A stretch of 64,000 nucleotides of DNA from Octopus sinensis (Eukaryota), in assembly GCF_006345805.1 (NCBI RefSeq), contig NC_043017.1:10044001-10108000 (forward strand), in the 5' to 3' direction. Below are positions 10,522 through 24,746 of the stretch, one piece after another. The notes beneath the pieces were generated by a model that saw only the letters and a list, made by a program, of their open reading frames with translations, did no database searches and was not told where the DNA came from. A program made the position numbers and the translations under genes. The first letter of the stretch is position 1. Each line of letters starts with the position of its first letter.

Positions 10522-13500
10522 GTAAGTTTTTAAAAATGTCATTATATTTTTCGGGTGGAGGTAACAATAAGCAACAATTCGTATTTCGTTTTATCGACCT
10601 TAATCAACAATGCTTTATATAAACAGTAAGTTAACAGCACTTTAACGACTGCCACTTTATTGGTACTATTTAAGAAGAGTGGTGCCGGTGCGCGTACTCG
10701 CGCTAGCTAGTCGTGACTAGTCGATCCTTACTTTGTATTTTTGTGTTTTATTTACTTTGTTTTAAAAATTATTTACTTTGTGTAAAAAAATTATTTATTT
10801 TGTGTTTTTATTTACTTTGCTAGGTAGTCGTTGTAGGATCAATTAGTCACGACTAGCTAGTGCGGATACGCAAGTGCACACACCGGGACCACTCTTCTTA
10901 AATAGTACAACTTTATTTTTTATCAAGCCAGAAATACTTAAAAATTTTAAATGCGTTAAAGGAACTCTGAAAGTAAAGACCAGATGCAGAACTAATGCAG
11001 TTTCGCACCTCTCCATGAAAAATGCATTTTTCTGAAAAACTTTTTTCGGATTCCTACGTTTTAAATGTTGGAGATTACGAATATGCAAAAAAAAAAGGAT
11101 CTTTACAATTAAGTTTACTTTTGACACATTCTACCAGTATACGAAGTTTCAAATTGTTTGGTTCAGTAGGAAAAATTTGGAAAAACTGGCTTCACAAATG
11201 AAAAGATCCAAAAATAAATAATAATTTTTTTTTTATTTCACTCCCCTCCACTCCAATTCAAATATTTTTTTATTTTATTTACTTTAAAGAAATCGTAGCG
11301 GATTGACGAACATAGGCAAATCGAAATTAAATACAAACAAAAATATGAAAGGGAAAAGAATTTGCGTTTGACTTTTGTTTGCCTTATATAATTCGTAAAT
11401 AATATAATGTAAATTAAATATGCACCAATTTTATGATAAAGTTAATGTTTAATAATTAATGTTATAAAGTTTAATAAGAGGCCCAAATTTTACCCCTCCC
11501 CAAGTTAAAATTTTGAACTTTTTCATCCATTTGTTTATTTGTCTATCTGTCTATTTATCCCTATCCGTTTATTTATACAATATAGTTGTCAACTAAATGT
11601 GGCACTCCTATAGAATATGGTGTTACTGTTGTTTTCAGTCCCAGGAAGACACTCATATCTATTTATCTCTTTATACATGCTTATTGAATTTAAAAGTTTC
11701 AAAACGTGGTTTCTTGCATATCCGGAGTCTCCGTCATCTAAAACATATGGAAAAAAAAAACTTCGAAAAAGTTCAAAATTTTAAACGGGAGGAAGTGGTG
11801 CTCGGGGGTGGGGATTAATTTTTTTTTTTTTTTTGTATATTCGTAATCTCCGACATCTGAAACGTAGGAATCTAAAAAAAAGCTTTTCAAAAAAATGCAC
11901 TTTTCAAGGAGAGGTGCGAAACTGCATCAGTCCCCTCCCCCACCCCGATGCTTATACTTAACTAAATATTATTAAAAGCAAGGCATTCTTTTCTACTCTG
12001 GGCACAAATATAACCAGACATGTTTTTCACAAAAGATTGGAACGAAGGACACTGCTTGTATGATAGTGACACTCATTTACACATATCACACAGTGTCAAG
12101 GCAAGGAAACAGCAACACTTACACGTATGCACACACATTAATACATTTATGATTTAGCTTCTTTCAGTTCCTGTCTACCAAATCCACTCACAAGGCTTTG
12201 GCTGGCCTGGGGCTATAGCTGAAGACATTTGTCCAAGGTTCCACACAGTTGGACTTGAACCCAAAACCATGTTGTTGGGAAGGAAACCTCTTCTCACACA
12301 ACCACCTCTGCCTCAAAAAATATAATTTTTATCATATTTTGATGGGGACAGAAGCCCAATTCTTCACCACAGAACCTTGGTCCCATGAGTGGTTTAAGAT
12401 GTTTGAGAGTCCCACCTTTCTTCTCTGAAGCAATTTGAAGACAAATAACTATAGATTGCCTGTGTTGTGATATTCATGCCTTTCTTCTGTGAACTGATAA
12501 GAAATTTCTTTAAACAAAAGAAATCTAAGTAAGATCACAGACATTGACAAAGACTAATCTTTAATCTAGACCTAGCAAACACAACAGATAGATTATCTCA
12601 AAGAAAAGAAATCTTCCGTTTTGTGGTTTTTTAATTATCATCTTCGTTAAGTGGAAATCTCTAAGAGATATCAAACTTCTAGAAGTTTTCTTCCCATGAT
12701 TTATCAGCTCTTCAATATAGAGCTTATCACAGATCTCAACTTCTGGCTGCCCTCTTATCAAGTTTAACAGCCCTTGACATAGACTACTTTATATGATAAA
12801 TAACTCTCCCCCCACCTCCAGACTGATTATATATACAGACCCCCCCATGTTTATGAGTACTTGACATACTTATGACCATGTAACTTTGCTCTCAACACAC
12901 ACTATAAGTGCTGGCTTTTCCAATATTTAGTGATCCTTTATATTTTACCCCACAATTATGATGTTATAATAAACTGCTCCCTGACACTTATTTCTTTATT
13001 GCCCACAAGGGGCTAAACATAGAAGGGACAAACAAGGACAGACAAAGGGATTAAGTCGATTACATCGACCCCAGTGCGTAACTGGTATTTAATTTATTGA
13101 CCCAGAAAGGATGAAAGGCAAAGTTGACCTCGGTGGAATTTGAACTCAGAATGTAACGGCAGACAAAATTTTCGCTAAGCATTTCACCCAGCGTGCTAAC
13201 GATTCTGCTAGTTTGCCCTGACACTGGCTGAGCTCCCTGTACTTCTACAAAGCTGAAATGCAACCCAAACCAGGGAGTTCTGCTGACAGATCTTGGACAG
13301 TTCACAGACATTTTGGCATCACTCACTCAATGGTGACTTATTTGATGTTTCTGTCATTCTCTCTCTCTCACTTGCTCACAATCTCTCTCTCTCTCTGCCT
13401 CTGTCTCAGTTTTTCTATCTATATTTCTGTGCTTACATGCATGTATCTGTGTGTGCATGTGTGTGTGTGTTGGTGTTTGCCTCCAATCTCATGAGTCACT

Positions 13501-14100
13501 GTTGCAATGATGTTTACCTTGATCTGTTTTATGTTGTTTTTTAATACAACATGTCTATGAAGCAATTTTATCTCAGGCATAAACTACATCATGTCTTTCA
13601 GTGGTGTATACACATTTAGCATGATACACAGATGAGAACTTTTAACTTAAATATTCAATTCTGCAGTCATTGAAGTTCTTCCCACGTAACATTTCCACTG
13701 CTTCCAAGGTGCACTTGATGTATATTTAAGTGCATCATGATGCTGCAACCCATCAAGGGCTTCATCATGGCATTTTGACTTCTATTTTGATTTCTTTGAA
13801 ATGGTAAATAATTCCACCTGGAAAAAATGTTTATTTTTTTCTTTTTCTCTTGTTTATTCAACCCCATGGTGATATTGTTCTCAAAATAGCTCAAACTAAC
13901 TTTTTGACCTTACTGGTCAAAGGGGGGGAATTAACTGCCATCAACGTGAGATCATTCTACTATTCATTACCTTTGACCTCCTAAGATCAATTTACTGTAA
14001 TTGTTTGTGGCATTGCCTTCCCCAGTTCATTCATTTACTACTACTACTACTCCTACTACTCCATGATCACTCCTATAATTTTTGTTTTTACTATTATATA

Positions 14101-14140
<40 letters not shown>

Positions 14141-16004
14141 CACACACATATTTTCATGTGTGTGCATGTCTGGACCTGTGTCTCATTGTATTCTAAGTGG
14201 ATTTGTTTTTAATTGCAGATAAATGGTGGGACCGTAAAAACAATGGCCCCATATTTTTTTATACTGGAAATGAAGGTCCCATTGATCAATTTTGGGAAAT
14301 TACAGGGCTCATCTTTAACCTTGCCCCCAAATTCGGTGCTCTGGTTGTTTTTGGGGAACATGTAAGTAACTTTGTTGTTTCACTTTCATCCCATCTATCA
14401 TTCAACTATGGTAGTAGTTGAATAATATTCTTAAGGCCACAGTTTACTCACATGCAGCATCTTTTAGAGCTTGTTGCCAATTCAGTTCTTAAAGAGGACT
14501 GATCCCTAGCTACATTTTGACATTAAAAAAATTGAGATTTAACCCTTTAGTATTTAAAGCGGCCATATCCGGCCAAAATAGTTAATCTGTTTTATGTTCA
14601 AACTGACCAGATCCAGGCTCTCACACCTACCCTACAATGTTATTCTACATTAAGTAATTACACCATCAAGATCTTGAAGATATGAGATAATGCATGATTA
14701 ATTCAAATCAATGTGAATCAATAAGCATTATGTTTGATAGAATAATCTGAACACTAAAGGGTTAGATCCAGTAGAAAAATGTTTGCGTCAAAATTTGTAG
14801 CAACATTATAGGAGAGTAACACCACCAATCAAGTTTAGATCTAAATAACTTTTTTATTTTAAATGCAAAATATATTTATCTTAGCTTCAATGATAGAAGA
14901 AAGCATGAAAAACTTTATAGTTTTCGTCCCATGCAACAAAAATTTGATCAAAAAAGATTTGAGGTAAAATATGAAAAAAAATATAAGGCAAAAAATTAGA
15001 TTTAAGTATAATTAACTTTTTTATTTTAAAAACAAACTATATTTCTAATTAAGCTTAAATGACAGAGCTCAATTTGAGGAATTTCATGGTATCACTCTCA
15101 AGCAATGAAGTTTTAAAAGAAAAGTGTTATGAGTGCTTGTATCTCAAATTTGAGGGTGATAATATGGTTTTATATATTTTTAATGAATATAGTTCTATAA
15201 TGGGACTTTTAATATATGTCACAGGAATCATTGAAGTAAGGAAAAAAACTATCAATGACACTGCTAATTGACACATTATTAATTAGCATAATTGCATAAC
15301 CTGGAAAAAACAGGGATTACATGGAAAAATGTGAGCAAGAGAAGTAATATTCTGAACATTATAAACCTGGAAAATTACAGGACAAGTTATTACACTTGGA
15401 AAAGTTCAGGACATCTGGTAAAGTACAGAACAAGAAAGTTTTTGCTTAAAATATTGCAGCTAAGGATAAAATGTTTCTACACCTGGATGCCCTTCCTAAA
15501 ACCAACCACTCCAAGAGTATAGTGGGTGCTTTTTACTTGCCACCAGCACAGGAGCCAGTCAAGGGCTGAAGGCAGATGTAATACTGCTAAACATTTCATC
15601 CGGTGTGCTAATGATTTTACCAGCTCATTGTAAACAGTGTTTTCGGCAAGTAAAAAGCACCCACTACACTCTCGAAGTGGTTGGTGTTAGGACGGGCATC
15701 AAGCTGTAGAAACGTTGCCAGATCAGTCAAACCATCCAACACATATCAGCAAGGAAAATGGACATTAAACAACGATGATGATGATGATAAGTATATATAT
15801 GGGTTCGAAGGTTATAATGGACACAGTTTGTGTGTCAAATAGCTAGCTTAAGGCGATGGCCTCATGGAGCTAATCAGCGACAGCTTTAGTCTTATATCTA
15901 TAAGACTGCCATATTAATATGGCGATAACAATTAATTTCCAGTAACTCTGCCGTAATCTCTTTTAGAGAGACTTAGTAATTTTAATATTTCTATTATATA
16001 TATA

Positions 16005-16063
<59 letters not shown>

Positions 16064-19000
16064 TAATCTCTTGTTGCTATTATGTTAAACTGTCATATGT
16101 CCAAATGCATTTTTTTTTTTTCAATATTTATTTTTGCTTGGGATAGCTGGTTCTCTTTGGTCATCTCCAGCTGCTTCAGATGCCAAGGTATCAAAAATTA
16201 TCAAAGTATTGGACAATGGTTTTGCAAACACACTCACAAGAAAATTTATGCTTTGTACCTTTTTCTGTTGTCCAAGAAGAAACATATTTATTGTTGATAC
16301 CTTAATTAATTTTGCCAATTAACTAAGAATATCTTTTCATTTTCCTTTTCCTTCCAAAAATCTTTCAGAGATATTATGGTAAATCGCTTCCATTTGGTCC
16401 TGACAGAAGCTTCAAGCAGCCCTATATCAGTTTTCTAACCGTTCGACAAGCCCTTGCAGACTTTGCACATCTGATAAACACCCTGAAGATCATGTTGAGT
16501 GCCCAGAAGTCTCCTGTTATATCATTTGGTGGCAGGTGAGGATATAATCCACCCTGATATCCTTCTTGTTTCGTATTTTAAACAGTTTTTTTTTCAACAT
16601 AGGTGACACCATAGCCAAGTGGTTAAGAAGCTTGCTTTACAACCAGTGGTGTCAGGTTCAACCTCACTGTGTGGCACATGGGGTAAGAGTCTTTTATTAT
16701 AGCCCTGGGCTGACAAAAGCCTTGTCAGTGGATACAGAAGGAAATTGTGTAGAAGCTCTTTTCTTTCTTTTTCTTTCTCATTCTTTTGTTTCCTTGCTCT
16801 TTTCTCCTCATTTCTTCTTCCTGCTTCTGTATCATCATCTTCTCCTTATCCTCCTTCTTCTTTTCTTCTCCCCTGCTTCTCCCCCTTCTTCTTTTCCTCC
16901 CCCTCTTTCTGTACTACCTCAACCACAGTCTAGCAAAGCAACTTCCAACAACAATAAAGGTCCCACTTTCAACATTGATACAATTAATATGTCAGACACA
17001 CATCTCTCGTAGATAAAAAAAAAGAAAAAAAAACTCTTCCATTCCCCTTTTATGTCTATTCTTTTACACCAGATTCCTACACACAACTCCCCCACATCAC
17101 CACCACCACCACCACCTTCCTCTCATCCAGTTCACAGCCAGCCAATGCAATCTGCCAATTGTAATGCAACAACTGTTTGGCAGGCAGTCAGGCAGGCAGC
17201 CTGTCGGTTCTGTGCAAACACGGAAGGACAACAAAGATCTACCTTTGCTGAGCTGAACGCTTACTGGCATTTCATTCACTTTATCTTCTGAGTTCAAATT
17301 CCTTTCATCCTTTCGGGGTCGATAAAATAAGTACCAGTTGAGCACTGGGGTCAGTGTAATCAACTATCCTCTTCCCCCAAATTTCAGGTCTTGTGCCTAC
17401 AAAAAAAAAAAAAAAAAAAGGATTATTATTAAGGCAGCGAGCTGGCAGAAACGTTAGCACGCCGGGCGAAATACGTAGCCGTATTTCATCTGCTGCTACA
17501 TTCTGCGTTCAAATTCCGCCGAGGTTGACTTTGCCTTTCATCCTTTCGGGGTCGATAAATTAAGTACCAGTTACGCACTGGGGTTGATGTAATCGACTTA
17601 ATCTGTTTGTCTGTCTTTGTTTGTCCTCTCTGTGTTTAGCCCCTTGTGGGTAGTAAAGATATACGTATTTTGTCTGCCGCTACATTCTGAGTTCAAATTC
17701 CGCCGAGGTCGACTTTGCCTTTCATCCTTTCGGGGTCGATAAATTAAGTACCAGTTACACACTGGGGTCGATGTAATCGACTTAATCCGTTTGTCTGTCC
17801 TCTCTGTGTTTAGCCCCTTGTGGGTAGTAAAGAAATATGTATTTTGTCTGCCGCTACATTCTGAGTTCAAAATCCGCCGAGGTCGGCTTTGCCTTTCATC
17901 CTTTCGGGGTCGATAAATTAAGTACCAGTTATGCACTGGGGTCGATGTAATCGACTTAATCCGTTTGTCTGTCTTTGTTTGTCCTCTCTGTGTTTAGCCC
18001 CTTGTGGGTAGTAAAGAAGTAAGCATTGTTAGCGCACTGGATGAAATGCTTAGCAGTATTTCGCCTGTCGCTATGTTCTGAGTTTAAATTCCACCATGGT
18101 CGACTTTGCCCTTCATCCTTTTGGGGTCAATAAATTAAATACCAGTCAAACACTGGGGGTCGACGTAATCAACTAATCCCCTCTCCACAAATTTCAGGCT
18201 TTGTGCCTCGAGTAGAAAGGATTATTATTATATTTATGTTCTGAGTTCAAATTCCGCCAATGTTGACTTTGCCTTTCGGGGTCGATAAATTAAGTACCAG
18301 TTGCGTACTGGGGTTGATCTAATCAACTGACCCTCTCCCCCAAAATTTCGGGCCTTGTGCCTAGAGTAGAAAAAGCTGGGGAATAGAGTATAACTGGGAT
18401 ATTGGGCCCCAGGGGAGGGGATGGTACCTTGTTCTTTGGTTGACTACATGTGTGCTATGAGACTGACTGCTGGACCAGAGCCAGATTAAGAGCTACTCAA
18501 CAACAACTGGCTTCCCTTCCCCCAAAATTTCAGGCCTTGTGCCTAAAGTAGAAAAGATTATTATTATTATTATTATTATTGAGTGAGAGAGCAGTTCATG
18601 CCATCAAAGTGACACTGGGGTAAAATATACGAAGCCCAATATACCCATCATGACTACCCGTCTGATAAAGGTACACCAGGCACATGCATCACAACCATAT
18701 GTGCGCGACATGGTGATCTCATATCAAGATAAACAGCACATGACCTTGCAGGTGGGGCCCAGTTAGAATTTTCTTCAGGTTGAGTAGCCCATCCCGCTCA
18801 AACGGTCCCTGAATAAGGGTTGTTTAAGGATGTTGAAAGAAACACCCATGTTTCCAGAGGTGAAATATTCAAACCCCAAAGAATCCCTCTCAACACATGG
18901 CTATGATGCTCCCCCACTACTTCTGCTCGTGATCAGAGATGCACATATCGTCAGCCACTAAGGGACATGCTCAACTGGTTAAGGTCAAACAACTGACAAG

Positions 19001-19070
19001 CAAATCTGTGGTATTGAGCAGAATATTTGCTGTAGCCCATCTTTTATACCAAGACAAAACAATGTACATG

Positions 19071-19123
<53 letters not shown>

Positions 19124-19967
19124 GACAGTAAGCTGGTAGAGTATTTACTGCACTGAACAAAAATGCTGAGTGGAATTTCATCTGTCTGTACTTCCTGAGT
19201 TCAAATTCCACCTGAGTCAGCTTTACCTTCTTTGAGGTTCACAGCTGGAAAAATCCTGGAAGAAACAAACAACCAAAAAAAGTCATCAATGGAAAATGAA
19301 AATATTTTAGTTGATTAATAGTTTATTTCCAATAAAATACACATGTACATATGCACACACAGCATCATCATCATTCATTGTCAGTTAACATCTGTTTTCC
19401 ATGCTGGCATGGGTTGGATGGTTCGACTGAGGTCTGGAAAGCCAAGAGGCTGCACCAAGCTCCAGTTTGATCTGGCAATATTTCTACAGCTGGATGCCCT
19501 TCCTAACGACAACCACTCCGTAAGTGTAGTGGGTGCTTTTTACGTGCCACTTGTACAGGAGCCAGTCAGACAGGGTTGGTAAAATAAGGACCAGTTGAAC
19601 AGTAGGGGTCAAGGTTTAGTTAATTACACCAGCCCCTGTACTTGACTGGTACTTTATTTTACTAACCTAGAAAGGATGAAAGGCAAAGAAGTTGACGCCT
19701 GGTAGAAGTGGAACTCAGAAATAGGCGCAGGAGTGGCTGTGTGGTAAGTAGCTTGCTAACCAACCGCATGGTTCTGGGTTCAGTCCCACTGCGTGGCATC
19801 TTGGGCAAGTGTCTTCTGCTATAGCCCCAGGCCGACCAATGCTTTGTGAGTGCTCACCCCGAAATTACTGACCCTGTACCAAAATTTAAAACCATTATTA
19901 TCGTTGTTTTTGTTGTAGACTTATATTTGCAATCTATAAATTCAGCATAAGTTAAAAACCTACAAGA

Positions 19968-20002
<35 letters not shown>

Positions 20003-21873
20003 GTGCACACACAGACACACAAACAAAAACACTTGCACACACACACCTATCCACATGATATAATCTGTTTCCATTCTGTTGCAGTTATGGAGGAATGCTA
20101 ACTGCATATCTCCGAATGAAATATCCAGGTGTCTGTGATGGTGGTATTGCTGCCAGTGCACCGATTTATCTTTTTGATCCGAAATTCGACCACAGCTTCT
20201 TTTTTACCGATGTTTCCAAGGTAATTGCTTCTATTGTTATTTACTCTACTCTTTACTCTTTTACTTGTTTCAGTCATTTGACTGTGGCCATGCTGGAGCA
20301 CTGCCTTTAGTCGAGCAACTCGACCCCGGGACTTATTCTTTTTGTAATCCCACTACTTATTCTATCGGTCTCTTTTTGCCGAACCGCTAAGTGACGGGGA
20401 TGTAAACACACCAGCATCGGTTGTCAAGCAATGCTAGGGGAACAAACACAGACACACAAACACACATACATATATATATATATACATATATACGACAGGC
20501 TTCTTTCAGTTTCCGTCTACCAAATCCACTCACAAGGCATTGGTCGGCCTGGGGCTATAGCAGAAGACACTTGCCCAAGATGCCATGCAGTGGGACTGAA
20601 CCCGGAACCATGTGGTTGGTTAGCAAGCTACTTACCACACAGCCACTCCTGCACCTATTTCTGAGTTCCACTTCTGCCAGGCGTCAACTTCTTTGCCCTT
20701 CATCCTTTCTAGGTTAGTAAAATAAGGTACCAGTCAGGTGCAGGGGCTGGTGTAATTAACTAAACCTTCCCCATTAAAATTGCTGGCTTTCTGCTAAAAT
20801 TTGATACAATTACTATTATTTATATTATTAAATAAGGCAGCAAGCTGGCTGAAACGTTAGCACGCTGGACGAAATGCTTAGTGGTATTTCGTTTGTTTTC
20901 ATGTTCTGGGTTCAAATTCTGCCGAGATCAACTTTGCCTTTTAGGGTCGATAAATTAAATACCAGTTACACACTGGGGTCGATGTAATCGACTTAATCCC
21001 TTCCCCCAAATTTGAGGCTGCCCTGATAACAGTTTATCTATTTTTTACATGTTAATTTTGAGCAAGGGAAAAATACATCCATTTATGTATACATATATAT
21101 ATGTATGCATATATGCGTCCAACCCATGCTAGCATGGAAAACGGACGCTAAACGATCATGATGATGATATGTGCGTATATATGTGTGCATGTATATATAT
21201 ATATGTGTATGTATGTATTATATATGTATGTATTATGTATGTATGTATGTTGTATCGCTAAACGATCATGATGATGATATGTGCGTATATATGTGTGCAT
21301 GTATATATATATATGTGTATGTATGTATTAATTATGTATGTATTATGTATGTATGTATGTTGTTTATTTTTTATTTTTATTTTTACCGTTATTGTTTTTT
21401 TTAGTTTTTGTATTCTTATTGGTGTCACGTATCTGTATTTTTGTTTATGTACTTCGTTCGTTTTCCGTCCTCGCGTTGTATACATTCGAAGCTTTCTTCC
21501 AGGGGATCTAATGCGCTTGGCTTAGTTTCCCTTGGCTGGCTGGCCATATCGTAGCAATCTCAAGATTAATCAGCCGAAATTGCTAAGATGATCTGGTTCT
21601 TTACTGATGACTGAGGGCTTCGAATGTCCCGTCCTGTGGTTCTTGTGTGTCTCTGTGGTGTTTCATGTTCTGTCCATGTCTGTAATTATTTTTACTGTTT
21701 ACCTATATCGCGCGGCTACGTATCCACAATTGACCTTATACGATAATTATATTTTTTCTCTATATATATATATATGTATGTATGTATTATTATGTATGTA
21801 TGTATGTATATATATATGTAGTATGTATGTATGTATGTATATATATAATGTATGTATTATGTATGTATGTATG

Positions 21874-21906
<33 letters not shown>

Positions 21907-22615
21907 TATATTATATATATATATGTATGTATGTATGTATTATTATGTATTTGTATGTATGTATATTATGTATGTATTATGTATGTATATATATGTATGT
22001 ATGTATGTATTATGTATGTATATATGGTATGTATGTATGTATTATGTATGTATATATATGTATGTATGTATTATGTATGTATATATATGTATTATGTATG
22101 TATATGTATGTATGTATGTATTATGTATGTATATGTATGTATGTATGTATTATGTATGTATATATATGTATGTATGTATGTATTATGTATGTATATGTAT
22201 GTATGTATGTATTATGTATGTATATATATCTATATATATATATATGTATGTATGTATTATGTATGTATATATATATATATATGTATGTATGTATTATGTA
22301 TGTATATATATATATATGTATGTATGTATTATGTATGTATATATATATATATGTATGTATTATGTATGTATATATATATATATATATGTATGTATTATGT
22401 ATGTATATATATATATGTATGCATGTATTATGTATATATATATATATATGTATGCATGTATTATGTATGTATATATATATATATATGTATGCATGTATTA
22501 TGTATGTATATATATATATATATGTATGCATGTATTATGTATGTATATATATATATATATGTATGCATGTATTATGTATGTATATATATATATATGTATG
22601 TATGTATTATGTATG

Positions 22616-22646
<31 letters not shown>

Positions 22647-23208
22647 GTGTATGTATGTATTATGTATGTATGTATGTGTATATATGTATTATCTCTCTCT
22701 ATATAAACGGCAGTTTGTCTGTGCGTGTTTCTGTGTGTCTGTTTTCTCGTACCCTCACCCTGACCACGGCTTTCAACCGATTCTGATGAAACTTGACACA
22801 CACATAGCCCAATGTCATAATTCAAAACTAACGCAGCGAAAATTTAAAAGTTCCCCCAGTTCTGAAAAAAATCGATAAATTCGACATGGGTCGAGAATAA
22901 AAAAAACAAACCACAGACTGTCTAGGGGACGCAACTCAACCTTTTATTACTCTCAAAAAAAAATTTACCATCATTTTTTTTCCATTTTTTGCTTTTTTTG
23001 GCTATAACTCTCTAAAAATGCTTTATAGTTTTTCCTTACAACCTGAGCAACGCCGGGCGATACTGCTAGTGTATGTATATATGTATGTATGTGTATGTAT
23101 GTATATATGTATGTATGTGTATGTATGTATTATGTATGTATATATATATGTATGTATGTATTATGTATGTATATATATATGTATGTGTATGTATGTATTA
23201 TGTATGTA

Positions 23209-23244
<36 letters not shown>

Positions 23245-24714
23245 TGTATATATATATATCATCATCATCATCGTTTAACATCTGTTTTCCGCGCTAGCAC
23301 GGGTTGGACGGTTCGACCGGGGTCTGGGGAGCCAGGGGCTGCCCCAGGCTCCAGTCTGATCTGGCAGTGTTTCTACAGCTGGATGCCCTTCCTAACGCCA
23401 ACCACTCCGCGAGTGTAGTGGGTGCTTTTTACGTGCCACCTGCACAGGTGCCAGAGGGGTCTGGCATCGGCCACGATCAGTTGGTGCTTTTTTTTTGTGC
23501 TACCGGCACAGAAGCCAGTCAAGGCCGTGCTGGCATCAGTCACGTTCGGATGTTGCTTTTTATGTGCTACCGGCACAGGACCCATTCGAGGCGGGGTTGG
23601 CATCGGTCACGTTTGGATGGTGCCTTTTATGTGCCACCGGCACAAGCCAGTGGAGGCTGCACTGGCGACGGCCACGTTCAGATGGTGCTTTTTATGTGTC
23701 ACGTGTATGTATGTATGTATGTATGTAATATATATGTATATATGAGCATGGTGTTATATAAAGTCATTGCCTCAAATTTGATGTTTGTCCTCTAATCAAT
23801 GTTTTTTTGTCTTTGTTTCGATTTGATTGAGCACTTCTTTTTTGCAGCCCTATAAACCCTTTTGTGTCCATAAAAAGAGGCAAAAATTATTTGTTGTCAT
23901 ATCTATTTATGTATATATAATGTGTGTGTGTGTATGTGTATCTCTGTAAGTATCTATATATATATGTATGTATGTATGCATTACTCCTTGACTGGCCTCC
24001 ATGCTGGTGGCACGTAAAAAGCACCATCTGAATGTGGCCAATGCCAGTAGCCCCTGACTGACACCTGTGCTGGTGGCATGTAAAAAGCACTATCCAAACG
24101 TGATCGATGCCAAGCCTGCCTGACTGGCTCCTATGCCAGTGGCATGTAAAAAGCACCCACTACACTCTTGGAGTGGTTGTCGTTAGGAAGGGCATCCAGC
24201 TGTAGAAACATTGCCAGATCAAACTGGAGCTTGGTGCAGCCGCTGGTTCACCAGACCTCAGTCAAACCCTCCAACCTATGCCAGCATAGAAAATGGATAT
24301 TAAACGATGATGAATGATGATGATGATGCTGTGTGTGCATATGTACATGTGTATTTTATTGCAAATAAGCTATTAATCAACTAAAATATTTTCATTTTCC
24401 ATTGATTTTTTTTTTTGTTGTTTGTTTCCTCCAGGATTTTTCCAGCTGTGAACCTCAAGTGAGACAAGCATTCATCAAGATGAATCAGTTGATGGCTCAA
24501 GGAGAGACAGGTAAGAGAGAAATAAAAAAACAAAAAGGAAATGAAGAAGTACAGGTTATCAGTTTCTCATATGATTATCTAAATAACACCCTCCCTCCCC
24601 ACCAACATTGCCATTGCTCCAGCTTGTTAAATTGTGAAGTAACAATGTGGTGAAGATCCTGAGTTTATGTGTGTGTATATATATGCACTCACTCACTCAC
24701 ACATACATATACAG

Positions 24715-24746
<32 letters not shown>

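Noticed and set aside
21482-21630. CTGATGA at about 21604 inside a short inverted repeat (ACATTCGAAGC / GCTTCGAATGT)
   Set aside because: No stem II followed by GAAA, so no hammerhead fold could be drawn
22783-22795. CTGATGAAAC hammerhead-like string, also at about 46685
   Set aside because: Part of the Helitron body; no stem II between CTGATGA and GAAA
21782-22878. Three overlapping ~300-aa Tyr/Met/Val/Cys ORFs
   Set aside because: Artefact of the (TATG)n/(TA)n satellite
23420-23702. Repeat-spacer-like pattern resembling CRISPR
   Set aside because: The spacers are homologous to each other, so these are diverged tandem monomers of a retroposon
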